64,000 bases of DNA from a virus, in IMG/VR virus record IMGVR_UViG_3300028393_000022; one strand, written 5' to 3'. The notes below the pieces were generated by a model. The model had not been told where the DNA came from, did not search any database, and saw only the letters and a list, made by a program, of their open reading frames with translations. This document shows positions 37,377 to 46,552 of the stretch, in pieces (position 1 is the stretch's first letter; each line of letters starts with the position of its first letter). The position numbers were made by a program, and so were the translations under genes.

Positions 37377-38543
37377 ATGAGCAACGCATTTAACAATTTC
37401 TTGTCTTCAACAGGGTACCTTAGTGGATATCCTAATCTAAAAGATTATCAACATGCTGATAGATTGTATCACAGTAATAAGTATGCGTACTCTCCAAAAG
37501 TTGCGTTTCTTTATTATGTTGTTTTCAATCTTAACAAAGATGCAATCCTCGACGAAACATGGAAAAATACTGGATCACTCGATGTAGGTCTTTTAGTAAA
37601 GAAAATTGATCTTCCTAAATTTAACATTGCCACAGAAACTGTAAACCAATACAATAGAAAAACTGTAGTACAAACAAAATTAACTTATAATCCAATTAGT
37701 GTTGAATTCCATGATGACAACATAGATGTTATTAATAAACTATGGATTAACTACTATAAGCATTATTTTGCAGATAGTAATTACGGTACTCCGGCAGCGG
37801 GCAACCAGTCAAGAAACGGCCTTCCTGTATCTTTTTCGAATACAAAGTATGGTAGCACCGATTATCAATATGGTGTTTATGATAGTGGTATTAAAGAATC
37901 TTTTATAACATCAGTAGATGTATACTCTTTGCATCAACAAAATTTTACAAAAATAACTTTAGTTAATCCTAAAATTACAGAATGGTCGCATGACTCATTA
38001 AATCAAGCTGACGGCAACAGAACATTACAAAACAGAATGTCAGTATCATTTGAAAATGTATTATACGACTACGGTAGTATTGTTCCTGAAACAAATCCTC
38101 CTGGATTTACATCAGTGTATTATGACAAAACGCCTAGTCCGTTGTCTATTGCTGGCAATCCAATCAACAATCCAACTTACATTAAACAAGGAACAGGATT
38201 CGATAAACCGGGGGCTCAACAAGTATTTGGTAAGGTAGGTGGTAGTTACAATTCTGAAAATCCATTGTTTAACATAGGTAAAGCCCTTGTTAAAAATTAT
38301 GTTAATACAAATGGTATTGTACGCACCAAGGCAGGCGCATATAATATTGCCAGCGGGTCGTTGGGTGCGTTAACAGCAAGTTCTCCGGGAAAATATGCAG
38401 ATCCACCGAGTCCAGATACTGCAACAGGCGTCTTTAATTTACCAGGTGGTGTAGGCATTAATATCTTTAAAGCATTTAACACTGGTGTTGATGGAAAAAT
38501 TAGAGCTAATCCTGCTGCAATATTATTTCCCCCAAGAGGTTAA
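37377..38543 (+). CDS. tube-fold baseplate/tube initiator protein (gp48/gp54-like)
   Basis: LVKKIDLPKF..YNPISVEFHDD tube-like pattern; directly after the tube gene. Confidence 0.6.
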   Translation: MSNAFNNFLSSTGYLSGYPNLKDYQHADRLYHSNKYAYSPKVAFLYYVVFNLNKDAILDETWKNTGSLDVGLLVKKIDLPKFNIATETVNQYNRKTVVQTKLTYNPISVEFHDDNIDVINKLWINYYKHYFADSNYGTPAAGNQSRNGLPVSFSNTKYGSTDYQYGVYDSGIKESFITSVDVYSLHQQNFTKITLVNPKITEWSHDSLNQADGNRTLQNRMSVSFENVLYDYGSIVPETNPPGFTSVYYDKTPSPLSIAGNPINNPTYIKQGTGFDKPGAQQVFGKVGGSYNSENPLFNIGKALVKNYVNTNGIVRTKAGAYNIASGSLGALTASSPGKYADPPSPDTATGVFNLPGGVGINIFKAFNTGVDGKIRANPAAILFPPRG

Positions 38544-38545
38544 TC

Positions 38546-38917
38546 ATGAATCAAAATTATTCTAATATTCCCGTTAATTCTTCTAGTCAGAATCAAACAG
38601 TCCAAGCATTTGATGCTTACGGTACACAGCCAGTTGAAATAAATGCAACTGTGCTGGCCGCTATGAAGGGATTCTTTACAAGTAGAGACTTTGGAGAAGT
38701 AGCAGCTGAATCGATTGCAGTTACTATCATTAGACAAGCGATGCAAGATGGATATAATCCCATGCAGATCTTAGATACACTAAAAGGTGTTGATACAGTA
38801 CAGTTATCTGCAATTGTTTCTGAAATTTTAAACTACAACAGATTTAAATCTAGTAGCCTAGGGTACGCACAACCATTTCGCCCTAATCCTGAAATTGCAC
38901 GAAACATACTTGCATGA
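38546..38917 (+). CDS. hypothetical protein
   Basis: tightly packed in the operon. Confidence 0.6.
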   Translation: MNQNYSNIPVNSSSQNQTVQAFDAYGTQPVEINATVLAAMKGFFTSRDFGEVAAESIAVTIIRQAMQDGYNPMQILDTLKGVDTVQLSAIVSEILNYNRFKSSSLGYAQPFRPNPEIARNILA

Positions 38918-39354
38918 GCTTAAAGTTTTCTAGGGGAGCTTATAAGTTAAAGTATCCCGAAAAATATGTAGGATCAACTGCTCCAATTTATCGAAGTGGT
39001 TGGGAAGTTGCAGTCATGCGTATGTGCGATGAGAATCCGTCAATCCAACAATGGGCTAGCGAACCAATAAAAATACCATATCGAGATCCGTTAACAGGAA
39101 AACAATCTGTATATGTTCCAGATTTCTTAGTGACATTTGTTGATAGGAATCAACGGAAACATGCAGAGTTATGGGAAGTAAAACCTGCCAATCAACAGAT
39201 ATTAGAAAAGGTAGGCAAGAATCCTTATAATCAAGCACAGTTTGTTAAGAATCAGGCCAAGTGGGCAGCAGCTAGTATATGGTGTAGGAATCAAGGTATC
39301 AAATTCCGTATATTAAACGAACATGATATTTTCCATAATGGACGAAATACATAA
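38914..39354 (+). CDS. gp4: head completion nuclease (T4 gp4-like)
   Basis: YRSGWE, WASE..IPY, YVPDF, EVKP, NQAKWAAA and FRILNE. Confidence 0.88.
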   Translation: MSLKFSRGAYKLKYPEKYVGSTAPIYRSGWEVAVMRMCDENPSIQQWASEPIKIPYRDPLTGKQSVYVPDFLVTFVDRNQRKHAELWEVKPANQQILEKVGKNPYNQAQFVKNQAKWAAASIWCRNQGIKFRILNEHDIFHNGRNT

Positions 39355-39365
39355 TAAGTAATAGT

Positions 39366-39848
39366 ATGACAAAAAAGTTAGAAGAATTACTAAACATCGA
39401 ATCTACAGAATCACTTGTAGAAGCAAAGCCTGTTGACGCAGAACCGGTAGCTACAATTGACCTACAAGACAAATTAGAAGAATTTGACAAAATTGCATCT
39501 GCATTACCCCGTGTTAAGGGGTTGGGTGATATGGCCGACAGCGAGTTGGATGCACTGGCTAACAAAGCAGAACAGGCCTACGACGATCTAATGGATTTGG
39601 GTATGAATGTTGAACCAAGATACGGTTCTAGAATGTTTGAAATTGCAGCACAAATGATGAACGCAGCCATTACTGCTAAAACTAACAAGATTGACAAAAA
39701 GTTAAAAATGGTGGACTTACAGTTAAAAAAGTTAGCTATTGATAAGAAAAATGGCGGCGGTGACGGTAATGGAACAGTTGAAGGCGAGGGATATATTGTC
39801 ACAGATCGAAATAGTATTCTCGAAAAACTTAAGAATATGAATAAATAA
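39366..39848 (+). CDS. probable terminase small subunit
   Basis: helical protein with EPRYGSRMFEIA resembling the gp16 core; upstream of the large terminase gene. Confidence 0.5.
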   Translation: MTKKLEELLNIESTESLVEAKPVDAEPVATIDLQDKLEEFDKIASALPRVKGLGDMADSELDALANKAEQAYDDLMDLGMNVEPRYGSRMFEIAAQMMNAAITAKTNKIDKKLKMVDLQLKKLAIDKKNGGGDGNGTVEGEGYIVTDRNSILEKLKNMNK

Positions 39849-39854
39849 TTGACT

Positions 39855-40460
39855 ATGAAATCATTCAAAGAACATCTAAACGAGTCAGTAAAGCGTTACG
39901 ATTTTAGAATCAAAATCGCTAGTGACATGCCTCTTGAAAAAGAGACAGCAATGAAAGCATTGCTGGGCCGTTATACAGTTGGCGAGGATCTTAAAGACTT
40001 TAAGAAATCCACTACTCCAATCCAATCTGTTCCATTAGACTTTCCGCAAGTTAAAAACTGCGAAGTTAATATCTACGAAGTATCGTTAGACTATCCAACT
40101 ACCCAACAAGAACTTACAGAATATCTAACAGCTGAACTAAGAATTGGAAAAGATCGATTAGTTGTTCGTCGACCAGGTGAGCCTAGCGAAGAATATCAGC
40201 ACCAAGAACCAACTAAGCGTGAAGGTGCTTTGTTAAATGATCCTGACTACAAAGAAGCAGGTAATCCTCAATTTGAAGACTACTATGGCGACAAATATAA
40301 CACTGGTTTTGTAAAAGAATTGAATGATATTCTTAAATTACAACGTAAGGAACGCGGCGAAGAAATTCCATCCGCTGGTACTGCCAAATTTAATACAGAT
40401 AGTCCTGCAGGAACACAGACCCTGCTAAAGCAATCGGACTACAATCCTACAAGGAAATAA
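39855..40460 (+). CDS. putative internal head protein
   Basis: N-terminus MKSFKEHLNE resembles T4 capsid-targeting leaders; late box at 39842. Confidence 0.55.
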   Translation: MKSFKEHLNESVKRYDFRIKIASDMPLEKETAMKALLGRYTVGEDLKDFKKSTTPIQSVPLDFPQVKNCEVNIYEVSLDYPTTQQELTEYLTAELRIGKDRLVVRRPGEPSEEYQHQEPTKREGALLNDPDYKEAGNPQFEDYYGDKYNTGFVKELNDILKLQRKERGEEIPSAGTAKFNTDSPAGTQTLLKQSDYNPTRK

Positions 40461-40461
40461 T

Positions 40462-41889
40462 ATGATGAATATGATCGACGTAATGAAACGTTTGGCCGAA
40501 TTAGATTCTGCTAATCCTAACATTGTTAAAGAAAATGCAGTAGCCGAATGTGGCATTATGCCAGGCATAGGAATGGAGATGGAATCCCCATCGATGGTTT
40601 CTGATCGTCCAAGTACTCCTGCTACTATCAACATGACAGCCGGCAGTGGCGAAGAATTAGGTACCCTATTAAAAGATATTATGTCTTTAGCAGGTATGGG
40701 TGCTCAACATGCAGAAGAACCTACCGTTGTTGCTGAGCCACAAACATTAGAACCAGTAATTGGAGACGAAACTCCAGCTGATACAATGCGTGGTGTTATC
40801 GATAGATTAAATCCAATGGATGGTGAAGATGACGGTATTGCCGGTTTAGATCGTGATCATGATGGCGACCATGACATGCAAGATCATGAAATGGAAAAAG
40901 ACCAAGAAGAGACAGATGAAGGGCAGTATGACAACAGCCCAGCTGACCCTAATAAAAAGAATGAGTTTGATGCAAATGAATTTGCACGCCGAGAGAATCA
41001 ACCGGGGCAAGGCGATCGTATGGATGGCAACATGCCAAAAGCATACGCAGATATGAACGAAGCAGTATCAGATCTATTTGCACAATACAAAAAGTTCATC
41101 AGTGAATCAGAAGAAGCTGAGGAAGATAATGAGGAGTATGTTGCCTGCGTAGTGCAACATAACCGTTCGGGTCAAGCAATTGTACAAAGAACAAAACCTA
41201 CAAGTCGTGCCCGAGCAGAAGAAGTAATTAAACATGCTCTTTCTAAAAATACATTTGTAAACCCACCATTCATGACCATTTACCCAGCAAGTGCTGGTAA
41301 GTTAGACGGCTCAACTATCATGTCTCAATATCCTGATATGAGTCAAGAAGGCATGGGAGAAGGTATTGAGGATCGTTTGAAAGATCTAGATACAAAGAAC
41401 CCAGTTAATGTTCCTGCGTATCAACGTAAAGCAGCATCTGGTGATTCTGCAGATGCTGTACGAAACACCAAAGAAGGCGCAGCTGAAAAGTTTGATCCAT
41501 TAAAGCATGTTAAGAATCCTACACAGGGCGAGAAAGATGCTGCCAAAGATGTTAAACGTGGTAGCTATGCAGACCGCGCCGCACTGCTACGTTCAGCAGA
41601 AACTGACGGCAGACTTAAATCAGGAGGCCAGACTAACGAAGATGCAGGCAACAACGAAATTGGTCAAATGATGGCTAATGATGGTATAACATATAGTCCA
41701 GAAAAAGAGAATGAACTAATCAACTTGATGGCTCAATATATGAAGAAATCAGGAATGAGTTCAAAAGCCATTCGTTATTATCTAAGTTACGATGAAGATT
41801 ATATTTCGGATCAGTTGGGCTTGTTACCAAGAGAAGGCCAGACTAACGAAAGCATGTCAGATATTTTAAAACTATCTGGACTAAAATAA
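40462..41889 (+). CDS. acidic putative internal head polyprotein
   Basis: many xxE sites; C-terminal ILKLSGLK similar to the scaffold end. Confidence 0.55.
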   Translation: MMNMIDVMKRLAELDSANPNIVKENAVAECGIMPGIGMEMESPSMVSDRPSTPATINMTAGSGEELGTLLKDIMSLAGMGAQHAEEPTVVAEPQTLEPVIGDETPADTMRGVIDRLNPMDGEDDGIAGLDRDHDGDHDMQDHEMEKDQEETDEGQYDNSPADPNKKNEFDANEFARRENQPGQGDRMDGNMPKAYADMNEAVSDLFAQYKKFISESEEAEEDNEEYVACVVQHNRSGQAIVQRTKPTSRARAEEVIKHALSKNTFVNPPFMTIYPASAGKLDGSTIMSQYPDMSQEGMGEGIEDRLKDLDTKNPVNVPAYQRKAASGDSADAVRNTKEGAAEKFDPLKHVKNPTQGEKDAAKDVKRGSYADRAALLRSAETDGRLKSGGQTNEDAGNNEIGQMMANDGITYSPEKENELINLMAQYMKKSGMSSKAIRYYLSYDEDYISDQLGLLPREGQTNESMSDILKLSGLK

Positions 41890-41907
41890 TACATTAGGAT
41901 GTAATCC

Positions 41908-41935
41908 AAATAGCCTCTTCGGAGGCTATTTTTTT
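41908..41935 (+). terminator. intrinsic terminator
   Basis: AAATAGCCTC-TTCG-GAGGCTATTT followed by a T run. Confidence 0.9.
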
Positions 41936-41949
41936 CAGTAAATAAGATT

Positions 41950-43530
41950 ATGGCATATACCGATAACAAACTAGTCAAGACAGCATACAGTGCTCAAAAA
42001 TATTCTAACAAGGATATTGAAGAATTGCTGGCTTGCACAGATACGGTAAATGGTCCCCATTACTTTCTTGATAATTTCTTTTATATCCAGCATCCTACCA
42101 AAGGCAAGTTAAAGTACGAACCTTTTGATTACCAACGTAGGCTAATTGACAGCTATCATGGCAATCGTTTCAACGTAAATTTATTACCTCGGCAAACAGG
42201 CAAGACAACCACTGCGGGTGGATACTTATTATGGTTTGCAATGTTTATTCCTGACTCGACGGTACTTGTAGCAGCTCACAAATTTACAGGTGCTCAGGAA
42301 ATTATGTCGCGTATTCGCTTTGCATACGAGTTATGTCCTGATCATATTCGTTGCGGTGTAAAGAGTTATAACAAGCAGAGTATTGAATTTGACAACGGCT
42401 CCCGCATTATTGCACAGACAACAACTGAAACAACTGGTCGAGGTTTGTCTTTGTCATTACTATACGCCGACGAGTTCGCATTCGTTGAACCTAACATCGC
42501 CGTTGAATTTTGGACTTCTATTTCGCCTACACTAGCAACTGGTGGTAAGGCAATTATTACATCAACACCGAATAGTGATGAAGACCAGTTTGCCACTATT
42601 TGGAAAGAAGCCAATCACAAGTTTGACGAATTTGGCAATGAACAAGTAGTAGGACGCAACGGTTTCTTCCCCTTTAGGGCATACTGGAATGAGCATCCGG
42701 ATCGTGATGAAACATGGGCATCAGAAGAACGTAGTCGTATTGGTGAAGAACGATTCCGCCGAGAACACGATTGCGAATTTTTGGTCTTTGATGAAACATT
42801 GATCAACAGTATTAAACTGGCAGCAATGGAAGGTGATGAGCCTATTATGAAGATGGGTCAAGCACGTTGGTATAAGAAAATCAATCCAATGAACACCTAT
42901 CTAATTGCACTAGATCCTAGCTTAGGTACAGGTGGAGATCCTGCCGCTATTCAGATTATTGAAATTCCCTCCATGGAACAGGTTGCAGAATGGCAACATA
43001 ATTTGACTACTATTCAGGGACAAGTTCGCATTTTGAGAGACCTGTGTAATTTTATCAATGACGCATGTGCTGAGCGCGGCATACAGCCTAGTATCTATTA
43101 TTCAGTAGAAAATAATAATATTGGTGAAGCTGCCCTAGTTGCAATTGATGAAATTGGTGAAGAGAGCTTCCCAGGACTGTTTTTAAGTGAGCCCATCAAA
43201 AAAGGTCATGTACGCCGGTTCCGCAAGGGATTTAACACTACTAATTCCAGTAAAATCAATGCTTGCGCAAAATTAAAACACCTAGTCGAAAGTAATAGAC
43301 TACGTATTCATAGTAAACCGTTAATCAGTGAGCTTAAAACCTATATTGCTAAAGGTGTGACTTTTGAAGCAAAAGTGGGCGCACACGACGATTTAGTCAG
43401 TAGTATGTTGTTGGCAATACGTATGGCGCTGATGTTGCAAGAATGGGATCCTGCTATCTACGATAAAATGCGTGAAGAACGAGAAGATGAGTTCTTAATG
43501 CCCATGCCCATATACATCAGCAATTATTAA
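41950..43530 (+). CDS. gp17: terminase large subunit (T4 gp17-like)
   Basis: PRQTGKTT Walker A, LLYADEFAF Walker B, ITSTPN, ALDPSLG and HDDLV. Confidence 0.96.
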   Translation: MAYTDNKLVKTAYSAQKYSNKDIEELLACTDTVNGPHYFLDNFFYIQHPTKGKLKYEPFDYQRRLIDSYHGNRFNVNLLPRQTGKTTTAGGYLLWFAMFIPDSTVLVAAHKFTGAQEIMSRIRFAYELCPDHIRCGVKSYNKQSIEFDNGSRIIAQTTTETTGRGLSLSLLYADEFAFVEPNIAVEFWTSISPTLATGGKAIITSTPNSDEDQFATIWKEANHKFDEFGNEQVVGRNGFFPFRAYWNEHPDRDETWASEERSRIGEERFRREHDCEFLVFDETLINSIKLAAMEGDEPIMKMGQARWYKKINPMNTYLIALDPSLGTGGDPAAIQIIEIPSMEQVAEWQHNLTTIQGQVRILRDLCNFINDACAERGIQPSIYYSVENNNIGEAALVAIDEIGEESFPGLFLSEPIKKGHVRRFRKGFNTTNSSKINACAKLKHLVESNRLRIHSKPLISELKTYIAKGVTFEAKVGAHDDLVSSMLLAIRMALMLQEWDPAIYDKMREEREDEFLMPMPIYISNY

Positions 43531-43542
43531 TAAATAACAAAT

Positions 43543-45384
43543 ATGAAAGCAATTCAAATAATCTCTCAAGACCTGTTCGACAAAGTTCGCAGCCGTTTCC
43601 AAAATTTAGAAATGGGCGACGAAACTGGTGCTGTTACTATCAATCCTGCAGAAGCACGGTTCTTTGATTTTGATTTTGTTAGCGAGGATGTAAATTTAGG
43701 TCGTGTTAGTATGAGCCTGAATGATTTAGGCAGCTTAAAAGTTTACTACAGCCAAGGAATTACTGAAAATCAAGATGAACCGGCAAAGCAACTATGGTAT
43801 GACTTCTTAAAAGAAATGCGCCAATTTGCCATGAGAAGATTAATGAGATTTGACACTCGTGACATTGCTAAAACAAATCTTGACAAAAACGATTTTCAAC
43901 ATCTTGCAGCAACGCAAGGACCTAAGGAAGAAGACCCTACTATGAACATGAATGAATCACGTTGGAACCAAAAGAGTTCTAGAAAAACTAGCCGCGCAGT
44001 AAGAGGTGCAACCGAAGTTATTGTTAGACATCACAAAGCAGTTGACGAAATGTATCCAGGTGCTCGCAGTCAAAAGAAAAACATCAAAGCAATCTATATT
44101 CAAAATAGAGATGGCGAACGTTTTAAATATCCATTTATACATCCAGCAGGTGCATTTGCAATGGCACAACACGTAGACCACGGAGGTGTTCCACATGATC
44201 CAGCAGGCAAAGCAATTATACGTATGAGCGAACAGATTGCTCAACTACAAGAATTCCACAGACAAATACAACACAGCTCCCTACATGATGACGCAGTGGG
44301 AATTACAGACAGGGCCGTAGGCCGCCTAAATGAATTAAAAACAACAATCGAAGCACTAAGTAAACGTCATCATTACGAGTCATGGATGAGTGAAATGGAC
44401 GGCCAAGCAGTTGATCAAGCTGTCATGGAACTAGATCCTGTGACTATGGAAACATACAAAGCAAAATTTACAGAAACAAATTTCAAAGAAGATCTAGCAA
44501 GTTTCTTTCCCTTGATCCATAGCATCATGCAAGAAACAAACACAGTTGATTTAGAAGACTTTGTTAAAGAAGAAAGCGACATATGTCCAGATTGTAAAGA
44601 AGATCCGTGTGTATGCAACTCTCACGTTAAAGAAAACGTATTCAGTCAATTTGAAGAATGGGCAGAAGCAACAGAACAAGGTAAATTAACAGACGACCAA
44701 ATTGCAGATCTTAAACAGGCAATTGAGGAACTACCAGGTGGCCAATTACAACTAGGTCCTGACGGTCAAACAGCATGGCAATTTTTTAGCGGACTAGGTC
44801 TAACGGACAGCGATCTTGAACAAAAGTTAAAAGGTGCTGCCGATCTAGATCCAGAAACAGATCCAATTGAAGTTTTACAAATATGGGCAAAAGACAATTA
44901 TCCTGAGTTGTTAGTAGCACTAGGTATGTCTGGCGCACAAGAACCAGGCCAAACAACAGCTCCTCAAGGATCTGCACCAGAAGTTGGTGCTCCTGTAGCA
45001 GAAGGCAAAGAAGGCAACATGGTACAAGAAGTTGCCAAGATTGTTAAGAGTTTTTACAACAGAGACAATCCAGAAGTTGGTCCATTCCGTGGCGGCGAGG
45101 GTATTGTACTGGATGTTAAAAAATCTATTAGTGAAAAATTTGGTGATGAAGCAGGCGAACAGGCTGCTCAGCTGGCAGAAAAATTTATGGACAAGTTAAC
45201 ACATGAATGGCAAATGCGCCATGGCCAAACTCACGCAGTTGAGCCAACAGACGGACTGGCACGTTTGAAAGAACTAGTAGGCAACATCAAAGGGCGTGTA
45301 GAAGAAATGGATAATACTGCAACTCCAATGGAGAAATCTCCTGAAATGGAAAGTATTTTGAAGTTAGCAGGTTTGGCAAAATAA
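43543..45384 (+). CDS. late protein, putative internal head protein
   Basis: late box at 43531; acidic; ends ILKLAGLAK. Confidence 0.55.
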   Translation: MKAIQIISQDLFDKVRSRFQNLEMGDETGAVTINPAEARFFDFDFVSEDVNLGRVSMSLNDLGSLKVYYSQGITENQDEPAKQLWYDFLKEMRQFAMRRLMRFDTRDIAKTNLDKNDFQHLAATQGPKEEDPTMNMNESRWNQKSSRKTSRAVRGATEVIVRHHKAVDEMYPGARSQKKNIKAIYIQNRDGERFKYPFIHPAGAFAMAQHVDHGGVPHDPAGKAIIRMSEQIAQLQEFHRQIQHSSLHDDAVGITDRAVGRLNELKTTIEALSKRHHYESWMSEMDGQAVDQAVMELDPVTMETYKAKFTETNFKEDLASFFPLIHSIMQETNTVDLEDFVKEESDICPDCKEDPCVCNSHVKENVFSQFEEWAEATEQGKLTDDQIADLKQAIEELPGGQLQLGPDGQTAWQFFSGLGLTDSDLEQKLKGAADLDPETDPIEVLQIWAKDNYPELLVALGMSGAQEPGQTTAPQGSAPEVGAPVAEGKEGNMVQEVAKIVKSFYNRDNPEVGPFRGGEGIVLDVKKSISEKFGDEAGEQAAQLAEKFMDKLTHEWQMRHGQTHAVEPTDGLARLKELVGNIKGRVEEMDNTATPMEKSPEMESILKLAGLAK

Positions 45385-45408
45385 ATCATATTTTAGCACC
45401 GTAATAGG

Positions 45409-45437
45409 TTGCTATGATAAATAGATGTGTGTATACT
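45409..45437 (+). promoter_or_regulatory. sigma70-type promoter with a late box nested in its spacer
   Basis: TTGCTA-17 bp-TATACT, with TAAATA at 45418-45423. Confidence 0.65.
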
Positions 45438-45464
45438 TAACCGTATGCACACATTTTTCTTTTT
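45425..45464 (+). terminator. terminator-like hairpin overlapping the promoter
   Basis: ATGTGTGTATAC / GTATGCACACAT 12-bp stem followed by a T-rich tract. Confidence 0.6.
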
Positions 45465-45521
45465 AGTCAGTTGGCTTTAAAGAAGAGGCATAATATAAAA
45501 CATTTATTAAGGAAAAACATT

Positions 45522-46538
45522 ATGGCAACGTTAGCAGAAATTCGCGCAAAACTACAAGCATCATCACAACAAGGCGGCGGGCAATCCGGCGGCGGTGATA
45601 ATGCAATTTACCCTCACTGGAATGCCGCAGAAGGCACAACTACTACAGTTCGATTCCTTCCAGACGCAGATCCAAACAACACTTTTTTCTGGATTGAAAG
45701 AGCAATGATTAAATTGCCTTTTGCCGGTGTCAAAGGTGAAACCAATTCCAAGCCAGTGACTGTGCAAGTCCCTTGTATGGAGATGTGGGGTGAAACATGT
45801 CCAGTATTGACAGAAGTTCGTCCATGGTTCAAAGACAAGTCTTTGGAAGATATGGGTCGTAAATACTGGAAAAAGAAGTCTTACCTTTTCCAAGGTTTTG
45901 TAGTTGACAGCAAACTACAAGAAGACAAAACTCCCGAGAATCCAATCCGTCGTTTTATTATCGGCTCACAAATTTTTAACATTGTTAAGAATGCGTTGAT
46001 GGATAGTGAGATTGATGAATTGCCAACAGATTATGTCCGCGGTTTGGATTTTAAGTTTGTTAAAACAAGCAAAGGTGGTTATGCTGACTACTCTACATCA
46101 ACTTGGGCTCGTCGTGAACGTGCGTTGGGTGACGATGAGCAAGCAGCAATCAAGCAATACGGTCTTCATGATTTGAAGAGCTTCTTGCCTAAGAAGCCAG
46201 GTGAAGTCGAGCTCAAGGTTATTAAAGAAATGTTCGAAGCATCAGTAGATGGTGAAGCATTTGATATGGATCGTTGGGGTCAATACTTCAAGCCAGCAGG
46301 CTACGGTGGTCGTGATGGTGGTGAAGGTGGAACAGCTAAACCAGTAGCACCAGCAGCTCGTCCAGTACCGGTGTCTGCACCAGTTGCAGAAGCAGCTCCT
46401 TGGGAAGATGATGTTGGCACAGCAGAGAAGTCATTCTCTGCCCCGGCAGCAGCACCAAAAGCTGAAAGCGCAGGCGGCGAAGCATCCAGTCGAGCAGCGG
46501 ACATTATTGCAATGATCCGTAATCGTCAAAGTACTTAA
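45522..46538 (+). CDS. gp32: single-stranded DNA-binding protein (T4 gp32-like)
   Basis: start MATLAEIR with AAGGA SD; VRFLPD, CPV, YWKKKSY and GYADYSTS. Confidence 0.88.
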   Translation: MATLAEIRAKLQASSQQGGGQSGGGDNAIYPHWNAAEGTTTTVRFLPDADPNNTFFWIERAMIKLPFAGVKGETNSKPVTVQVPCMEMWGETCPVLTEVRPWFKDKSLEDMGRKYWKKKSYLFQGFVVDSKLQEDKTPENPIRRFIIGSQIFNIVKNALMDSEIDELPTDYVRGLDFKFVKTSKGGYADYSTSTWARRERALGDDEQAAIKQYGLHDLKSFLPKKPGEVELKVIKEMFEASVDGEAFDMDRWGQYFKPAGYGGRDGGEGGTAKPVAPAARPVPVSAPVAEAAPWEDDVGTAEKSFSAPAAAPKAESAGGEASSRAADIIAMIRNRQST

Positions 46539-46552
46539 TTAGGAGATAGACT

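Noticed and set aside
38914-39354. TnsA-like transposase
   Set aside because: Motifs and context match the T4 gp4 head completion nuclease, which shares this fold; there are no other transposon genes or ends
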